The notes under the pieces: generated by a model
Told to the model about the DNA's origin: nothing
Database searches by the model: none
Seen by the model: only the letters and a program-made list of their open reading frames with translations
Origin: the human T2T-CHM13v2.0 reference genome, Homo sapiens
Reading direction: 5' to 3' (one strand)
DNA: 64,000 nt
Assembly (NCBI RefSeq): GCF_009914755.1
Contig: NC_060939.1
Shown: positions 16,475 to 32,718 of the stretch, in pieces
Layout: every line of letters starts with the position of its first letter
How positions within the stretch are numbered: the first letter of the stretch is position 1
Made by a program: the position numbers and the translations under genes

Positions 16475-16990
16475 ACTTGGTGCAGTGGCTCCCATCTGTA
16501 ATTCCAGAACTTTTAGAGGCCAAGGCAGGAGGGTCACTCGAGCCCAGGAGTTGGAAAACAGCCTAGACAACAGGACAAGACCCTGTCTCCACAAAAAATT
16601 ATTAGGGTGGTGCAAAGAGTAATTGCGGGTTTTGCCATTACTTTCAATGGCAAAACCCACAATTACTCTTGCACCAACCAATAAAAAAATAAGCTAGGTA
16701 TGGTGGTGGCGTGTGCCTGTGGTCTCAGCTATTTGGGAAGTGAAGACAGAGGTGGGAGGATTGCTTGAGCCCAGGAGTTCCAGACCAGCCTGAGACCCTG
16801 TCTCTATGAGAAAAAAAAAAAAAAAATAGCTGGGCCCACGTACCTGTGGTACTTGCAACTTGGGAGGCAAAGGCAGAGATGCCAGAATCACTTGAGCCCA
16901 GAAGCTCAAGGCTGCAGGGCACTGTGATTGTGCCACTGCACTCCAGCCTGAGTGATGGAGCATGACCCTGACTCCAAATAATAATAATAC
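16475..16990 (+). mobile_element. Composite old Alu (three monomer-like segments) interrupted by MADE1
   Basis: Alu motifs at 16475-16598, 16692-16825 and 16826-16980. Confidence 0.85.
16602..16681. mobile_element. MADE1 (Hsmar1-derived 80-bp MITE)
   Basis: Palindromic ttagggtggtgcaaagagtaattgcgggttttgccatt...aatggcaaaacccacaattactcttgcaccaaccaa, flanked by TA. Confidence 0.93.
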
Positions 16991-17071
16991 TTACAAAAAG
17001 GAAAGACCTAGAACACCAGGTTAGGGTTAAGTATTCTAAAATTCAGCTGACTTACTCTGTTCACTATAAAG

Positions 17072-17246
17072 CAGGTTGCCACAGAAAATATAGCATACCC
17101 AGTTTATTTGAAATTTCAGATAAACAAATACTTTTTTCAGTGTAAGTATATCCCATGCAGTATTTGGGACATGCGTATTATAAAATATTATTCCTTGTTT
17201 ATCTGAAATTGAAATTTAACTGGGTATTACATAATTATAGCAGCCT
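17072..17246. mobile_element. MER53 palindromic element
   Basis: cccagtt..tttcagataaacaa..gtatatcccatgcagtatttgggacat..ttgtttatctgaaatt..aactggg; self-complementary, matches recalled MER53. Confidence 0.85.
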
Positions 17247-17732
17247 GACCATAAAAGATATGAGCTGAGCAAAATTCTACTTTAAACTTCAAGGTTTATA
17301 ATAAATGCATTATTAATCAAGAACTATTATTTACTGAGACCTGTGTAGATCCCGTATTTATCTTTTTAAATGTGGAACTAGGAAAGCTACATAAAGAACA
17401 TTTATAGAAATAAATGTCTGTTCTATAGCTGAAAGGAAAACTCTAGCTTTTATTTTTCTCCCCAAACTTAAGGTTTATTCTACATTTGTATAAACAATAA
17501 AATTACAGCTCAACTTTGGAAGCACAGATCATAATATAAAAATAAAGCACAGATCCCAGAAACATTTAACAGGCAACAAATCTTTCACATCATCTTACTA
17601 TTCAACTAAACATATAGTAACTTAGAATGATCCATTAATTATAAGTAAAGAATAAATTCTTTTACAAAGCATAACTATTAATATTATTGACCATCATAAG
17701 AGCAAATATTTTAAGTAAAACACCATGAATAC

Positions 17733-17988
17733 TTTACAGAAAGGAGCGAGTTGCAGATACAGTCATTCTTGGATTTCTTTCAACACCAGGCTTTCTTCCC
17801 TTTTGACCTGAACTGGGAGTTGAATATTTCCTCTCTTTGCCCTCTGACCCTCTAGTCTCTGAAGCATCTTTTGTACTAGAGGTATATGCAGAGACTTCCT
17901 GGAAATTTGGATTTGTAAATTGTGCTGTTGTAACTTCTAGGCACTGCAGTGATCCAGATATAGAGCTGTTGCTCTTGCTTGTAAAAGT
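17733..17988 (-). pseudogene. MLLT10: Orphan MLLT10 (AF10) internal exon copy (MLLT10P-type)
   Basis: Minus strand translates TFTSKSNSSISGSLQCLEVTTAQFTNPNFQEVSAYTSSTKDASETRGSEGKERKYSTPSSGQKGRKPGVERNPRMTVSATRSFL*, similar to AF10 TYTSTSNNSISGSL..RFTNANFQEVSAHTSSGKDVSETRGSEGKGKK; GT donor kept, acceptor reads AC. Confidence 0.9.
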
Positions 17989-19178
17989 GTAACATTTTGA
18001 TTCAAAAAAGGAAGTAAAAGGAAGAGAGTTGATTACATTTGGCTACTGACATTAATAATAATAAATAATAATTGTACTTGTAATATAAACATCTGAAAGT
18101 TTTAGTTCTAAGAATGGGTGTCCACATAAGAAAATTATGTAAAAATAATTAATGTCTATTATAATTACTTTTCTTTAACCAAAGAAAAAGTATAATTTAA
18201 AGATGGCTGTTTAAGGATCAAATTGCAGCCACTGGTAAAAGTAGATATTAGTCATATTTATTAACTGACACACAGTGATACTGAAGGCACTTATTTCTCA
18301 AGAAACATCATTTTTTCCCAACAAGAACATACTACATCCTAGACATGAATTGAAAATAAACTTTGATTTTCATCACAGGAGGGCGACAATCAGAGAACTG
18401 AGGTGGTACAGATCCATTAGAGGACCATAACCATGAGTCCATCAGTCTCTACTGTAGGACAGAGCAAGAATTTTAAAGAATCTCGGTGAAGGCTCCTTTT
18501 CAAAAAAATACAAAGATTAAAGCCTTTGAAACGTAAATTATTTTTTCCAGTTATTACATTGAGGACAAAGTTATAGTTGCAAAGTTAAGATTTTTATAAC
18601 TATCCCTAAAATTGATTCTCAGTGACTCCCTTGATCTACATATGTTAAGGAAAAAGGCAAGATAAAGATGTGTTAAATATTTTCCAGTTTTTAATAATCA
18701 GCTTTAATATAAGGTATACCCAAATAATGGTTAATTAAATGACAATGAAAGAATGTTATAGCAGATGCTCACTTATCAACATGCCTTGAAATTAAAGGTT
18801 TATAAGGTGCATAAGGGCAGTTTTTGATGTTGCCATTACATTCACAAAAGTATCTGAGGTGTGTACAGCATGAAGTTCACTAAATGCTTGCAACTTAACC
18901 AGCACTAAATTTTGTTGAATAAATAAATGAATACTTTTGTATAGCATCTGTTCAAAATCTCTGATGTAAAAATGAAAATAATCTGAAAATATGCAAAACT
19001 GAAATTTCCCACATATGGCTGCCAGTTCGGACAAACAATAAGATGAATTTCAAAATGAGAACATCAATTGTTTTGAGGACCAAAATTTCACTGCTGCTTT
19101 TCTCACACCCTGTTGTTAACCTAAGCGCCCATGCTCTTACTGTCAATAACAGATTTTCATCATCAAATACAAGAAACA

Positions 19179-22662
<3,484 letters not shown>

Positions 22663-23350
22663 AAAGTCAAGAAACAACAGTTGCTGGAAAAGCGGTGGAG
22701 AAATAAACACTTTTACACTGTTGATAGGAATGTTAATCATTGTGGAAGACAGTTTGGCAATTCTGCAAGGATCTAGAACCAGAAATACCATTTGACCCAG
22801 AAATCCCATTACTGGGTATATATCCAAAGGACTATAAATCATTCTATTATAAAGATGCATGCACGCATATGTTTATAGCAGCACTATTCTCATTAGCAAA
22901 AACATGGAATCAATCCAAATGCCCATCAGTGATAGACTGGATAAAGAAAATGTGGTACATACACGCCATGGAGTACTATGCAGCCATAAAAAGGAATGAG
23001 ATCATGTCTTTTGCAGGGACATGAATGAATCTGGAAACCATCATCTTTAGCAAACTAATACAGGAACAGAAGACCAAACACCACATGTTCTCACTCATAA
23101 GTGGGAGCTGAATAATGAGAACACCTGGACACAGGGAGGGGAACAACACACACTGGGGCCTGTCATTGGGGATGGGGAGGAAGAGCATCAGGAAGAGCTA
23201 ACGCATGTGGGGCTTAATACCTAGGCACCTAGGCTGTGGGTTGATAGGTACAGCAAATCATCATAGTGCACGTTTACCTACGTAACAAACCTGCATGTTC
23301 TGCACATTTATCCTGGAATTTAAAATAAAATTTTAAAAAATAAAATAAAA
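22663..23350 (+). mobile_element. Older L1PA 3' end
   Basis: Second ORF2 C-terminus ([16 protein letters not shown]) with a different 3' UTR and A-rich tail. Confidence 0.9.
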
Positions 23351-23367
23351 TGAAAACAAGAGTACTG

Positions 23368-23780
23368 AAAATTGGCTCACAGTTCCACAGCCTGTACAGC
23401 AAGCATGATGCTGACATCTGCTCAGCTTCTGGGGAGGCCTCAGGACACTTAACAATCATGGTGGAAGGGAAAGCAAGAGCAGAAGGAAGAGAGAGAGGGG
23501 GAAGGTCCTACACACTTTAAACAACAAGATCTCATGAGAACTCTATCACAAGAGCAGCGCTAGGGGGATTATGGTTAACCATTAGAAACTGCTCCCATGG
23601 ACCAGCCACCTCGCAGCAGGCCCCATCTCCGACAGTGGGAACCACCGGAGGCTGCTCCTGTGGACCAGCCACCTTCCGGCAGGCCCCGTCTCCAACACTG
23701 GGAACCACTGGAAACTGCTCCCATGGACCAGCCACCTCCCAGCAGGCCCCATCTCCGACACTGGAGATTACATTTCTATA
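23368..23780 (-). mobile_element. MaLR LTR (MST-type) fragment
   Basis: ttggctcacagttccacagcctgtacagcaagcatg...tctggggaggcctcagg...caatcatggtggaagg. Confidence 0.85.
23585..23764. repeat. 63-bp tandem repeat x ~2.8 inside the MST LTR
   Basis: gaaactgctcccatggaccagccacc unit at 23585, 23648 and 23711. Confidence 0.92.
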
Positions 23781-24639
23781 GAAGTTTCCAATAATTTTGG
23801 AACACATATTAATAACATATTTATAAAAATACAGTCCAAAGTAGCCCAAACATCATTCACTCTTCTATTTGAAAGTTTTCCCTCTATTCTAATGTCACAA
23901 TCTCCAGGGTTATTAATCAGAATCCTGCATTTAAGGGCATCTGTTAAATTTTATAGCTGATTATAAAACCATCATTTAAAGAGGACCAAAATGAGACAAT
24001 TGTCTATGGATGACAAAAACATTAAGGGCAGCCACAGTTAAAGACATCAACAACAGCCTTTAAAGTAGAATTTGCTGTAGAGCCTATTATGAGGGAGATA
24101 TTTCTAGCTATTACCTCTTTTATTCTAAACCATGGAAAAAGGACCTATCAAATAAAGTCCTTCTAGAAGAGTGAAGGGCTCCTGGCAATATACTCTTTAA
24201 TCCATGATGTGGGATAAGGGGAGTTTTTACTGATTATGAGGCAATGTATATACCACTAAAGTTTCAACACCCCAAAAGGAAAAAAAAGGGGGGGAGGGAA
24301 GTCCTGGAAGAACCAGATGGAGCCGTAGCAGAAGATGATTTCAATCCACTGTCCCCTGAATTGTGGGCTGGTTGTGCTGCATCGCTCTGTGACTTATGAT
24401 TCTGCCACAACAAAGATCTAATTCCCAGGGTTATAGGAAAAGACACCTGTGGTACCCCTGAGGCAGAGAGAAGGGAGAAATCCAAACCTGACTTAAGTCT
24501 AGGGTTCTTAAACCACACAATCTGCTCACAAGGAGGACCTTAACTCTGAAGATACTGATTTGGGGCTGTTTCAAAGAAAGAAATTATAAATATGAGTGGG
24601 AAAGAGAACAACCTTCGCCATATCCAGTGGCAAAAAAAT

Positions 24640-24952
24640 GAGAGAGAGGGAAGAAAGGAAGGAGGGAAGGAAGGAGAGGGAAGAAAGGAGGGAAGGAAGG
24701 AAGTAGGGAGGGAGGGAGGGATGGAAGGAAGGAAGGAGAGAGGGAAGGAAGGAATGAAGGAAGGAGAGAGAGAAGGAGGGCAGGAAGGAAGGAAGGAAGG
24801 AAAGAAGGAAGGAGAGAGGGAAGGAAGGAGGGAGGGAGGGAAGGAAGGAAAGAGGGAAGTGAGGGAAGGAAGAAAAGGAAAGAGGGAAGGAAGGAAAGAG
24901 GGAAGGAAGGAAGGAAAGATGGAAGGAAGGAGGGAAGGAAGGAAGGGAAGGA
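24640..24952 (+). repeat. GGAA/GGGA polypurine low-complexity tract
   Basis: ~310 bp almost exclusively G/A. Confidence 0.97.
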
Positions 24953-25444
24953 ACTTGGATATGCACAAAAACAAAATTTAAATTAAAACGGAATTCTATC
25001 ATCTGACCTAATTGGAAATGTACTATTTTCTAAAATAACTTATACAGTCCAAAGGTAAAAGGGTGCTGATTGGTATTTGTAACTCTCCAGCATATATTCG
25101 AATCAATTTTAACATCTGCTGAAATCTACCAATTGGCATACCTTCAAAAACTTAATCAATACTGGAGCTCAAACTTTGTTATACCTGAGATTTCACTAAA
25201 TTTAAACATTGCGTCCCCTAATCCTAGCAGAGTAACTGCATATAGAATAGAGGACACATAGTTATGCCTCACATTTGTTACCTTGACTAAATTTCCCATA
25301 GTCATAGAAGCCTTTGTCCATAGGGGACCTGGATGCTCTGACCCAATGAGTAACAGATTGATATTAAATCATTTGAACTTACACATTGACTTCACCAAAT
25401 GTAACCTTACAGAACTCCCTCTCCTGTTTTTTTTTTAATTTGAT

Positions 25445-25748
25445 TTATTTTTAATTTTTCATTTTTTTTAGAGATGGGGTCTTGCTCCATTACCCAGGCT
25501 GAATGAAGTGCGGTGGCACATTCATAGCTCACTGCTGCCTTGAACTACTGGGCTCAAGCAATCCTCCTATTTTAGCCTTCCAAGTAGCTGGGATTACAGG
25601 CATGTACCAGCACAGCCAATTAAAAAAAATATAGAAGTGGAGTCTTGCTATGTTGCCTAGGCTGGTCTCTAACTTCTGGGCTCAAGCAATCTTCCTGCCT
25701 CGGCCTCCCAAAGTGCTGGGATTACAGGTGTGAGCCATCGTGCCTAGC
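25445..25748 (-). mobile_element. AluJ-type SINE
   Basis: Diverged antisense Alu dimer. Confidence 0.9.
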
Positions 25749-26004
25749 CTCCCCATCTTGATAAATTATCAAATATGATCCAACATAAATTACAACATGA
25801 CTTCAAATAAATAAAACTTATTATATAAGACCTAATTAATTAGTGAAGGGGTGATAATCCTCATTGCTTCAATGTTTAGCAGTAGAATTTGGCCTGTTCT
25901 TAAACCTGCAAATAATAAATGGTGTTTCACAGTGGATTACTGTAATGTGACTGCAGTGTTCCCTTCCATTCAGGCCCTCGTACCCAATGCCTAATATTGT
26001 GGTT

Positions 26005-28560
26005 AATTTTTTTTTATTTCAATAGGTTTTTGGGGAATATGATGGTATTCTTTTTATTTCAATAGGTTTTGGGGAAACAGGTGGTTTTTGGTTACAGGAA
26101 TAAGTTGTTTAGTGGCGTTTTCTGAGATTTGTGGTGCACCCATCACCCAAGCAGTGTACACTGTACCCATTGTGTAGTGTTTTATCCCTCACTGCACCCA
26201 CCCCACCACTCCCAGCCTTTCCCTGAGTCCCCAAAGACCATTGTATCATTCTTATGCCTTTGCATCCTCATAGCTTAGGTCTCACTTATGAATGAGAACA
26301 TACAATGTTTGGTTTTCCATTCCTAAGTTGCTTCACTTAGAATAATGGTGTCCAGTTTCATCCAGGTTGCTGTGAATGCATTATTTCATTCCATCTTACG
26401 GCTGAGTAGTATTCCATGTGGTAAATATTTATACCACATTTTCTTTATCCACTTACTGATTGATGGGCATTTAGGCTGGTTTCAAATTCTTCTAACTGCA
26501 TATTGTGCTGCTATAAACATGCGTGTGAAAGTATCTTTTTCATATAATGACTTATTTTCCTCTGAGTAGATATCCAGGAGTGGAATTACTGGATCAAATG
26601 TTAGATCTGCTTTTACTTCTTTGGAAATCTCCTCACTGTTTTCCATAGCTGTTGTACTAGTTCACATTCCCTCCAAAAAGTGTAAAAGTGTTCCCTTTTT
26701 AACACATCCATGCCAACATCTATTAGTTTTTGATTTTTTGATTATTTCCATTCTTACAGGAGTGAAGGGGTATCATATTGTATTGTGGTTTTGATTTGCA
26801 TTTCCCTGATAATTAGTTATGCTGAGCATTTTTTTCATGTTTGTTGGCTAGTTGCTTATCTTCTTTTGAGAATTGTCTGTTCATGTCCATAGCCCACTTT
26901 TTGATGGGATGTTTTTCTTCCTGGTTTGTTTGAGTTCCTTGCAGATTCTGGGTGTTAGTCCTTTAATCAGAAGTACAGATTGAGAAGATTTTCTCCCACT
27001 CTGTAGGTTATCTGTTTACTCTGCTATTTCTCTTACTGTGCAGAAGCCTTTTAGTTTAATTAAGTCTCATCTATTTATCTTTGTTTTAGTTGCATTTGCT
27101 TTTTGGGTTATTGGTCATGAAGTCTTTGCCTAAGCCAGTGTCTAGAAGGTTTTTTCCAATGTCGTCTTCTAGAATTTTTATGGTTTCAGGTATTAGATTT
27201 AAGTCCTTGAACCATCTTGAGTTGATTTTTGAATAGGGTGAAAAATGAGCATCCACTTTCATTCTTCTATGTGTGGCTTGCCATTTATCTCAGCACCATT
27301 TGTTGAATAGGGTTTTCTTTCTCTGCTTTATGTTTTTGTTTGTTTTGTTGAAGATTAAATGACTGTAAGTATTTGGCTTTATTTCTGTGTTCTCTATTAT
27401 GTTCCATTGATCTTTATGGCTATTTTTATACCAGTACCATGCTGTATTGGTGACTATGGCCTTCTAGTATAGTTTGAAATCGGCTTCTAGATTTGTTCTT
27501 TTTGCTTAGTCTTGCTTTGGCTATACAGACTCTTTTTTGGTTCTAGGCTTTTACTATCTTAAGGTATTTCCCTTCTATGTCTTTTTTAGTTCCGTGTGAA
27601 TTTTTGTAGTTCTGTGAAGACTGATGTTGGTACTTTAATGGGGATTGCATTGAGTTTGTAGATTGCTTTTGGCAGTATGGTATTTTCACAATATTGATTT
27701 TACCCATCCGTGAGCATGGGATACGTTTCCATTTCTTTGCATCTATGATTTCTATCAGCAGTGTTTTGTAGTTTTCCTTGTAGAGGTCTTTTGTCTCTTT
27801 GGTTAAGTATTCTGGATATAATTAAGATTTTGTCTGCAAAGATTGCATGCAATTGACAATTATAGGAATATACTATTTTAATTATAGGAATTATAATATT
27901 CCTAAGGTTTTTATTGCAACTATTGTAAAAGGGGGTGAGTTTTTTATTTAATTCTCAGCTTGTTCACTATTACTGTATAGCAGAGCCACTGACTTTTGTA
28001 CATTAGTTTTGTATCCTGAAACTTTGCTGAATTCATTTACCAGTTCTAGTAGCTTTTGGGATGAGTCTTTAGGGTTTTCTAGGTATACGATCATGTCATC
28101 AGCAAAGAGTGACAGTTCGACTTCCTCTTTACCGATTTGGATGCCCTTTATTTCTCTTATCTGATTGCTCTGGCGAGGACTTCTAGTACTATGTTGAATA
28201 GAAGTGGTGAAAGTTGACATCATTGTCTTATTCCAGTTCTCAGGGGGAATGCTTTCAACTTTTCCCCATTCCATATAATGTTGGCTGTGTGTTTGTCATA
28301 TATGGCTTTTATTACCTTAAGGTATGTCCCTACGATGTTGATTTTGCTAAGGGTTTTAATCATAAAGGGATTCTGGATTTTGTCAAATGCTTTTTCTATG
28401 TCAATTTTGCTGAGGGTTTTAGGCATAAAGGGATGATGTATTTTGTCAAATCCTTTTTCTGCATGTATTGAGAGGATCATGTGATTTTTGTTTTTAATTC
28501 TATTTATATGGTGTATCACATTTATTGACTTGCAGATGTTTAACCATCCTGCATCCCTGG
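26005..28560 (-). mobile_element. Older L1P (L1PA/PB) 3' part, 5'-truncated, with internal rearrangements
   Basis: ORFs 27948..28274 ([13 protein letters not shown]) and 28220..28519; antisense 3' UTR at 26050-26350. Confidence 0.92.
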
Positions 28561-28591
28561 TTTCTCTTCAGATCGTATACCTCTTTCACCT

Positions 28592-29020
28592 TATGATGGT
28601 TAATTTTATTTGCCAAGTTGGGTTGCCTAGATATTTGGTTAAACACTGTGGATGTGTCTGTGAGGGTGTTCCTTGATGAGACGAACATTTGAATATGTAG
28701 ACTTAGTAAAGTAGTTGCCATCCCCAGTGTGAGTGGACCTCATTCAATCCATTAAAACCCAAATAAAACACAAGGGTAGAGGAAGAGAGAATTCACTCTC
28801 TTTGATGATTTCAGAGCTGAGACGTAGATCTTCTCTCGCCTTTGAAGTCAGACGTGGACTGTAACTTATGCCATCAGCTTTCCTGGTTCTCAGGACTTTA
28901 GGTTTGGACTGGAACTCCAACATTGGCAGTCCTGGTTCTCCAGTTTGCTGACTGCAGGTCCTGGGACTTCTTAGCCTCCATAACCACATGAGCCAATTCC
29001 TTATAATAAACCTATATATA
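28592..29020 (+). mobile_element. MLT2-family (HERV-L) LTR
   Basis: tgatggttaattttat...gtgtctgtgagggtgttcc...catgagccaattccttataataaa. Confidence 0.85.
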
Positions 29021-29469
29021 TTCATGCAACTGATAAATATTTTGTTGTTACAGATTTGGCTACCATGTTCTTCTGGTGCCTATTTTAACAGAGTCTCAGT
29101 CATAGCCTGCCTTCATCTCTGAAGGGACCAGGCGACCCACGGAGTGCCTCGGCAGCCTTGTCATTGCATGCAATCTTCACAGACAACATCTCACTGCAAC
29201 CACCTTTCTACAGGAGCACAGGTGTGACATTATACTGATGACATTCTCAGAGAAAATTCATTTTACACACTAAGGACACACAGATACAAGGAGGCTTACA
29301 CAAAGGGAATGGACTTTTCCCAACACAGTAGTGCAAGGCCCTGCCACTTTGCTTCAATTCCTGAAATTTCCTTGGTAAATATGGGGCTGCCCTACTCCTG
29401 AGACTTTCAAAAAATAGTTATTCATCCTCTCAGCATCCACAATGTTAATACAAGCCTAATATTCTTTAA

Positions 29470-29771
<302 letters not shown>

Positions 29772-31152
29772 CTTTAATTCTTTACTTGGGGTTCAGGTGA
29801 CAATATATTTCTTATTTACAAATCTTACTTAATCTCACTGATGCTGTCATTGGCAAACTGACCCACCTTGAATGAAGCCTCCTCCAAGTCTGGAATCTGT
29901 CCGAATTTAAATTAGCAGGTGCTGCTATGAATTCACTCAGAGAACACACTGTGGATGCTTTAGCAACCTCTTCCTATGCCTCCTGAAGTATCTGGGTTGC
30001 ATATGGTGGCCATAAGTAGTCCATGGGCTTCTCATGTAAAAAACAAACCTGCCCCTTTTGACCCTGTTCTGTACAGCATCAGTGCAGCGATTGCTGACCA
30101 CATGCTGGACTCTCTGGAAACAGAGGGCTCTGCATCCATGTCCATGAGGCTTCATGCCCATCTGGCCATCAGGCCTTGGGAAGCAGCACCCCACAGCCTT
30201 GGCACAGCTGCAGAGACCTCCTTGAATCAGGATGGAGTCAAACCTGGACCCCCTGCCATTCTCATCTGCAGGAAACACTGGCCTCCTTCATCCTCAGTCT
30301 GTGTTGCTGGAAGTCACCCATCTCCAAGGCCCCTTGGGATCGACTGAGTGACCAGCAGTGAAGTTCGTCCACCTTCTAAATGGATGCCATCATCTGACGT
30401 GATGGAGCTCAGTGGGATGCTGCTGCCTTCCCTCGCTTAGCTAGGATGTCCCTGATAAAGGATGACACCAAAGCTTCAGCACAACTGGCCAAACTTGAGG
30501 TGGTCATCTCAGCACTGATGCTGGGCCAACAATTAGCCCCATTTGTACATTTTTACAAATTTTTGGCAATTGCCAAGAATTGTCCACCTTCCCTCCCCAT
30601 TGAATTAAAGACACTTCTTGCCTCATGGATAGTCAGAATACAGTCAAGGTAACAGATGCCTTTTTTTTAACCAAGGACACAGTACAGATCTCACAGGGAC
30701 ACTCCTTATCCCCTACAGAGAGTTCCAGACACTACTGATGGTGACCAAGGCAACATTTCAACAGAAAACACAGTGCTAGGCTTGTGAAAGTGTCCAGTAG
30801 GGCTTCCACTGCCCCTATAGGCTGCAGGCAGCTGCTTTAGTTGAGAGATAGACTGAGCTCCTCGAAGAATTCCTATTTAAGTTACAAAGCAGCGAGTGGA
30901 TGCCCTGCTGGGTTCCACTGTTGCCACAGGCTTTGATTACTCTTAAGTTCATGCTTCTTAGGAAATTGCACTTTTTACACCAGTGCTACACAGTTCCCTC
31001 AGTTGCCTTTACTGGACATCAAGGAGTTCACATTTTTGACAACCATTCAGTCCTGGACAGTCCAAGGGGTGGAGGTAGCTTCGTACAGGAATCTGCCTGC
31101 TGCGTGTGGATCAGTAATATCAGAATTGCCCAACAACTCACTGGAGACATGA

Positions 31153-31308
31153 AAACCAATGCATGGGGGATGCATGACGTCACCCAAATATTTATGAACA
31201 CGCTTGTGCTGCCAGAGACCCCAGATCTCTAAACCAATGCATGGGAAATGCATGACGTCACCCAAATATTTACGAACAGGCTTGTGCTGCCAGAGACCCC
31301 AGATCACT
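31153..31308. repeat. 78-bp tandem duplication
   Basis: aaaccaatgcatggg...gagaccccagatc at 31153 and 31231. Confidence 0.93.
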
Positions 31309-31507
31309 TTTCCTGCCTCCTGCTAAATAAATGGGGGCAGTAGATTTGCATCGGTTTCCACATTACATTACTCATAACTGTGGCCTTCCTAATTTCTCAT
31401 GTCCCTAAGCACTTATTACAATGTCTCAGCAGCTTTCTCTCAGCCTCTCAAAATATTAGTCATCATGAAAATAAATGTCTGATGTTAAAGCATCAGGGGT
31501 TAATTGT

Positions 31508-31810
31508 ATTGTGACACCTAAAATTTCATGCAGCACCCCACCATGTTCTCAGCCTAATGGCTTTCATGCCCCCACCAGACTGCAAAACTCTGAATTCAAG
31601 CACATCCATGAAGGGACCAGGGGTTACCCCACCCTCTGATTTCTACCAAGCCTGCCTCCCACACCCTCTGTTCCAGAGTGCAAGCCTGGGTAGACCTGCA
31701 TAAATGCAGCGTCATCCCCCTGGCTGAGTATGTGTGACGAGTAAATTACTGGGAATTTCGTCTGCTCAGTGTTTGTTTTGTCTGCAGCCATTCCCAGAAT
31801 TCTAGGACAA
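31508..31810 (+). mobile_element. Probable 3' LTR of the ERVL-like element
   Basis: Follows a PPT-like caggggtt; TG...CA ends; AGTAAA poly(A)-like signal; family not recognised. Confidence 0.4.
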
Positions 31811-32718
31811 GACTAGCTTCTTTGCCAATGGGGTGAACACGAAGGAACCCAAGTAGGAATTGCCTTTTTAAAAAAATCCCCTCCCACTCTCTTAATTATG
31901 TAATGCATGCATTTTTATAGCTTTTTTGCTCATTCCATTACCTGAGGTCAGCCACTGATATTTAACCCATCCTTAGCCTCGGAGGAGGACAGAGGAGCAC
32001 TCGTCATATTGATTTCCCTAGCGGTGACATGATTTCCTCCTGTGCCACTCAAATTCTCTCCTTCTTTAACTTGATGCTCAGTAGGTTGTGTTTCACTCGT
32101 CTTTGCAGATTGTTAGGAAGATGAGAATCAGCTTTCATATTTGATGTTGCCATAGAGAAGACTCCATGGTAATGTTTATTTGCACAATCAACTTTTTCTT
32201 TTCCCCCAGAAATTGCAAATTCTTATGTGAGAGACAGCTTTCTGGAGTCTGCAAACATAGAGTATCATCTCCCTTTTGATGGTAAATTTATTATATCCCC
32301 ACCATCAATAAAATACTTACATATAATTTTGGCATGTCATATTGATTGCCAACTACACGTAAGAACATTCCTTGATTTTAAATCTAGACTAATTATGAAA
32401 ATTTGGGTAGTCACAAAAAATTATTGTGCACAAACTTATAGACCTTAGGATTAAATGAGTTACTATTAACTAATATTTATTGTGCAGTCAGTGTATGGCA
32501 GAAGCTTACTATGTACTATTTCATTTTATACTTAAAACAGTATTCTATGCAAAATGCTATAATTTCACCTTGTCTACAATTTGGACATGATAAAACTGGG
32601 TCTCGTAAAGTTTTCACCCCAGAGTTCTCTGATTAGTAAGAAGTAGAAATAAGTTTAAACCTAAGTTATCTGATTTCAGAGCCCATATAGTTAAATGCTC
32701 TAAATGCAGCTTCCCCTG

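Noticed and set aside
24540-25002. PSFL- and EGRK-repeat ORFs
   Set aside because: Translations of the GGAA tract
28735-28755. DUX4 binding site in the MLT2 LTR
   Set aside because: Reads CTCATTCAATCC, not TAAYBBAATCA
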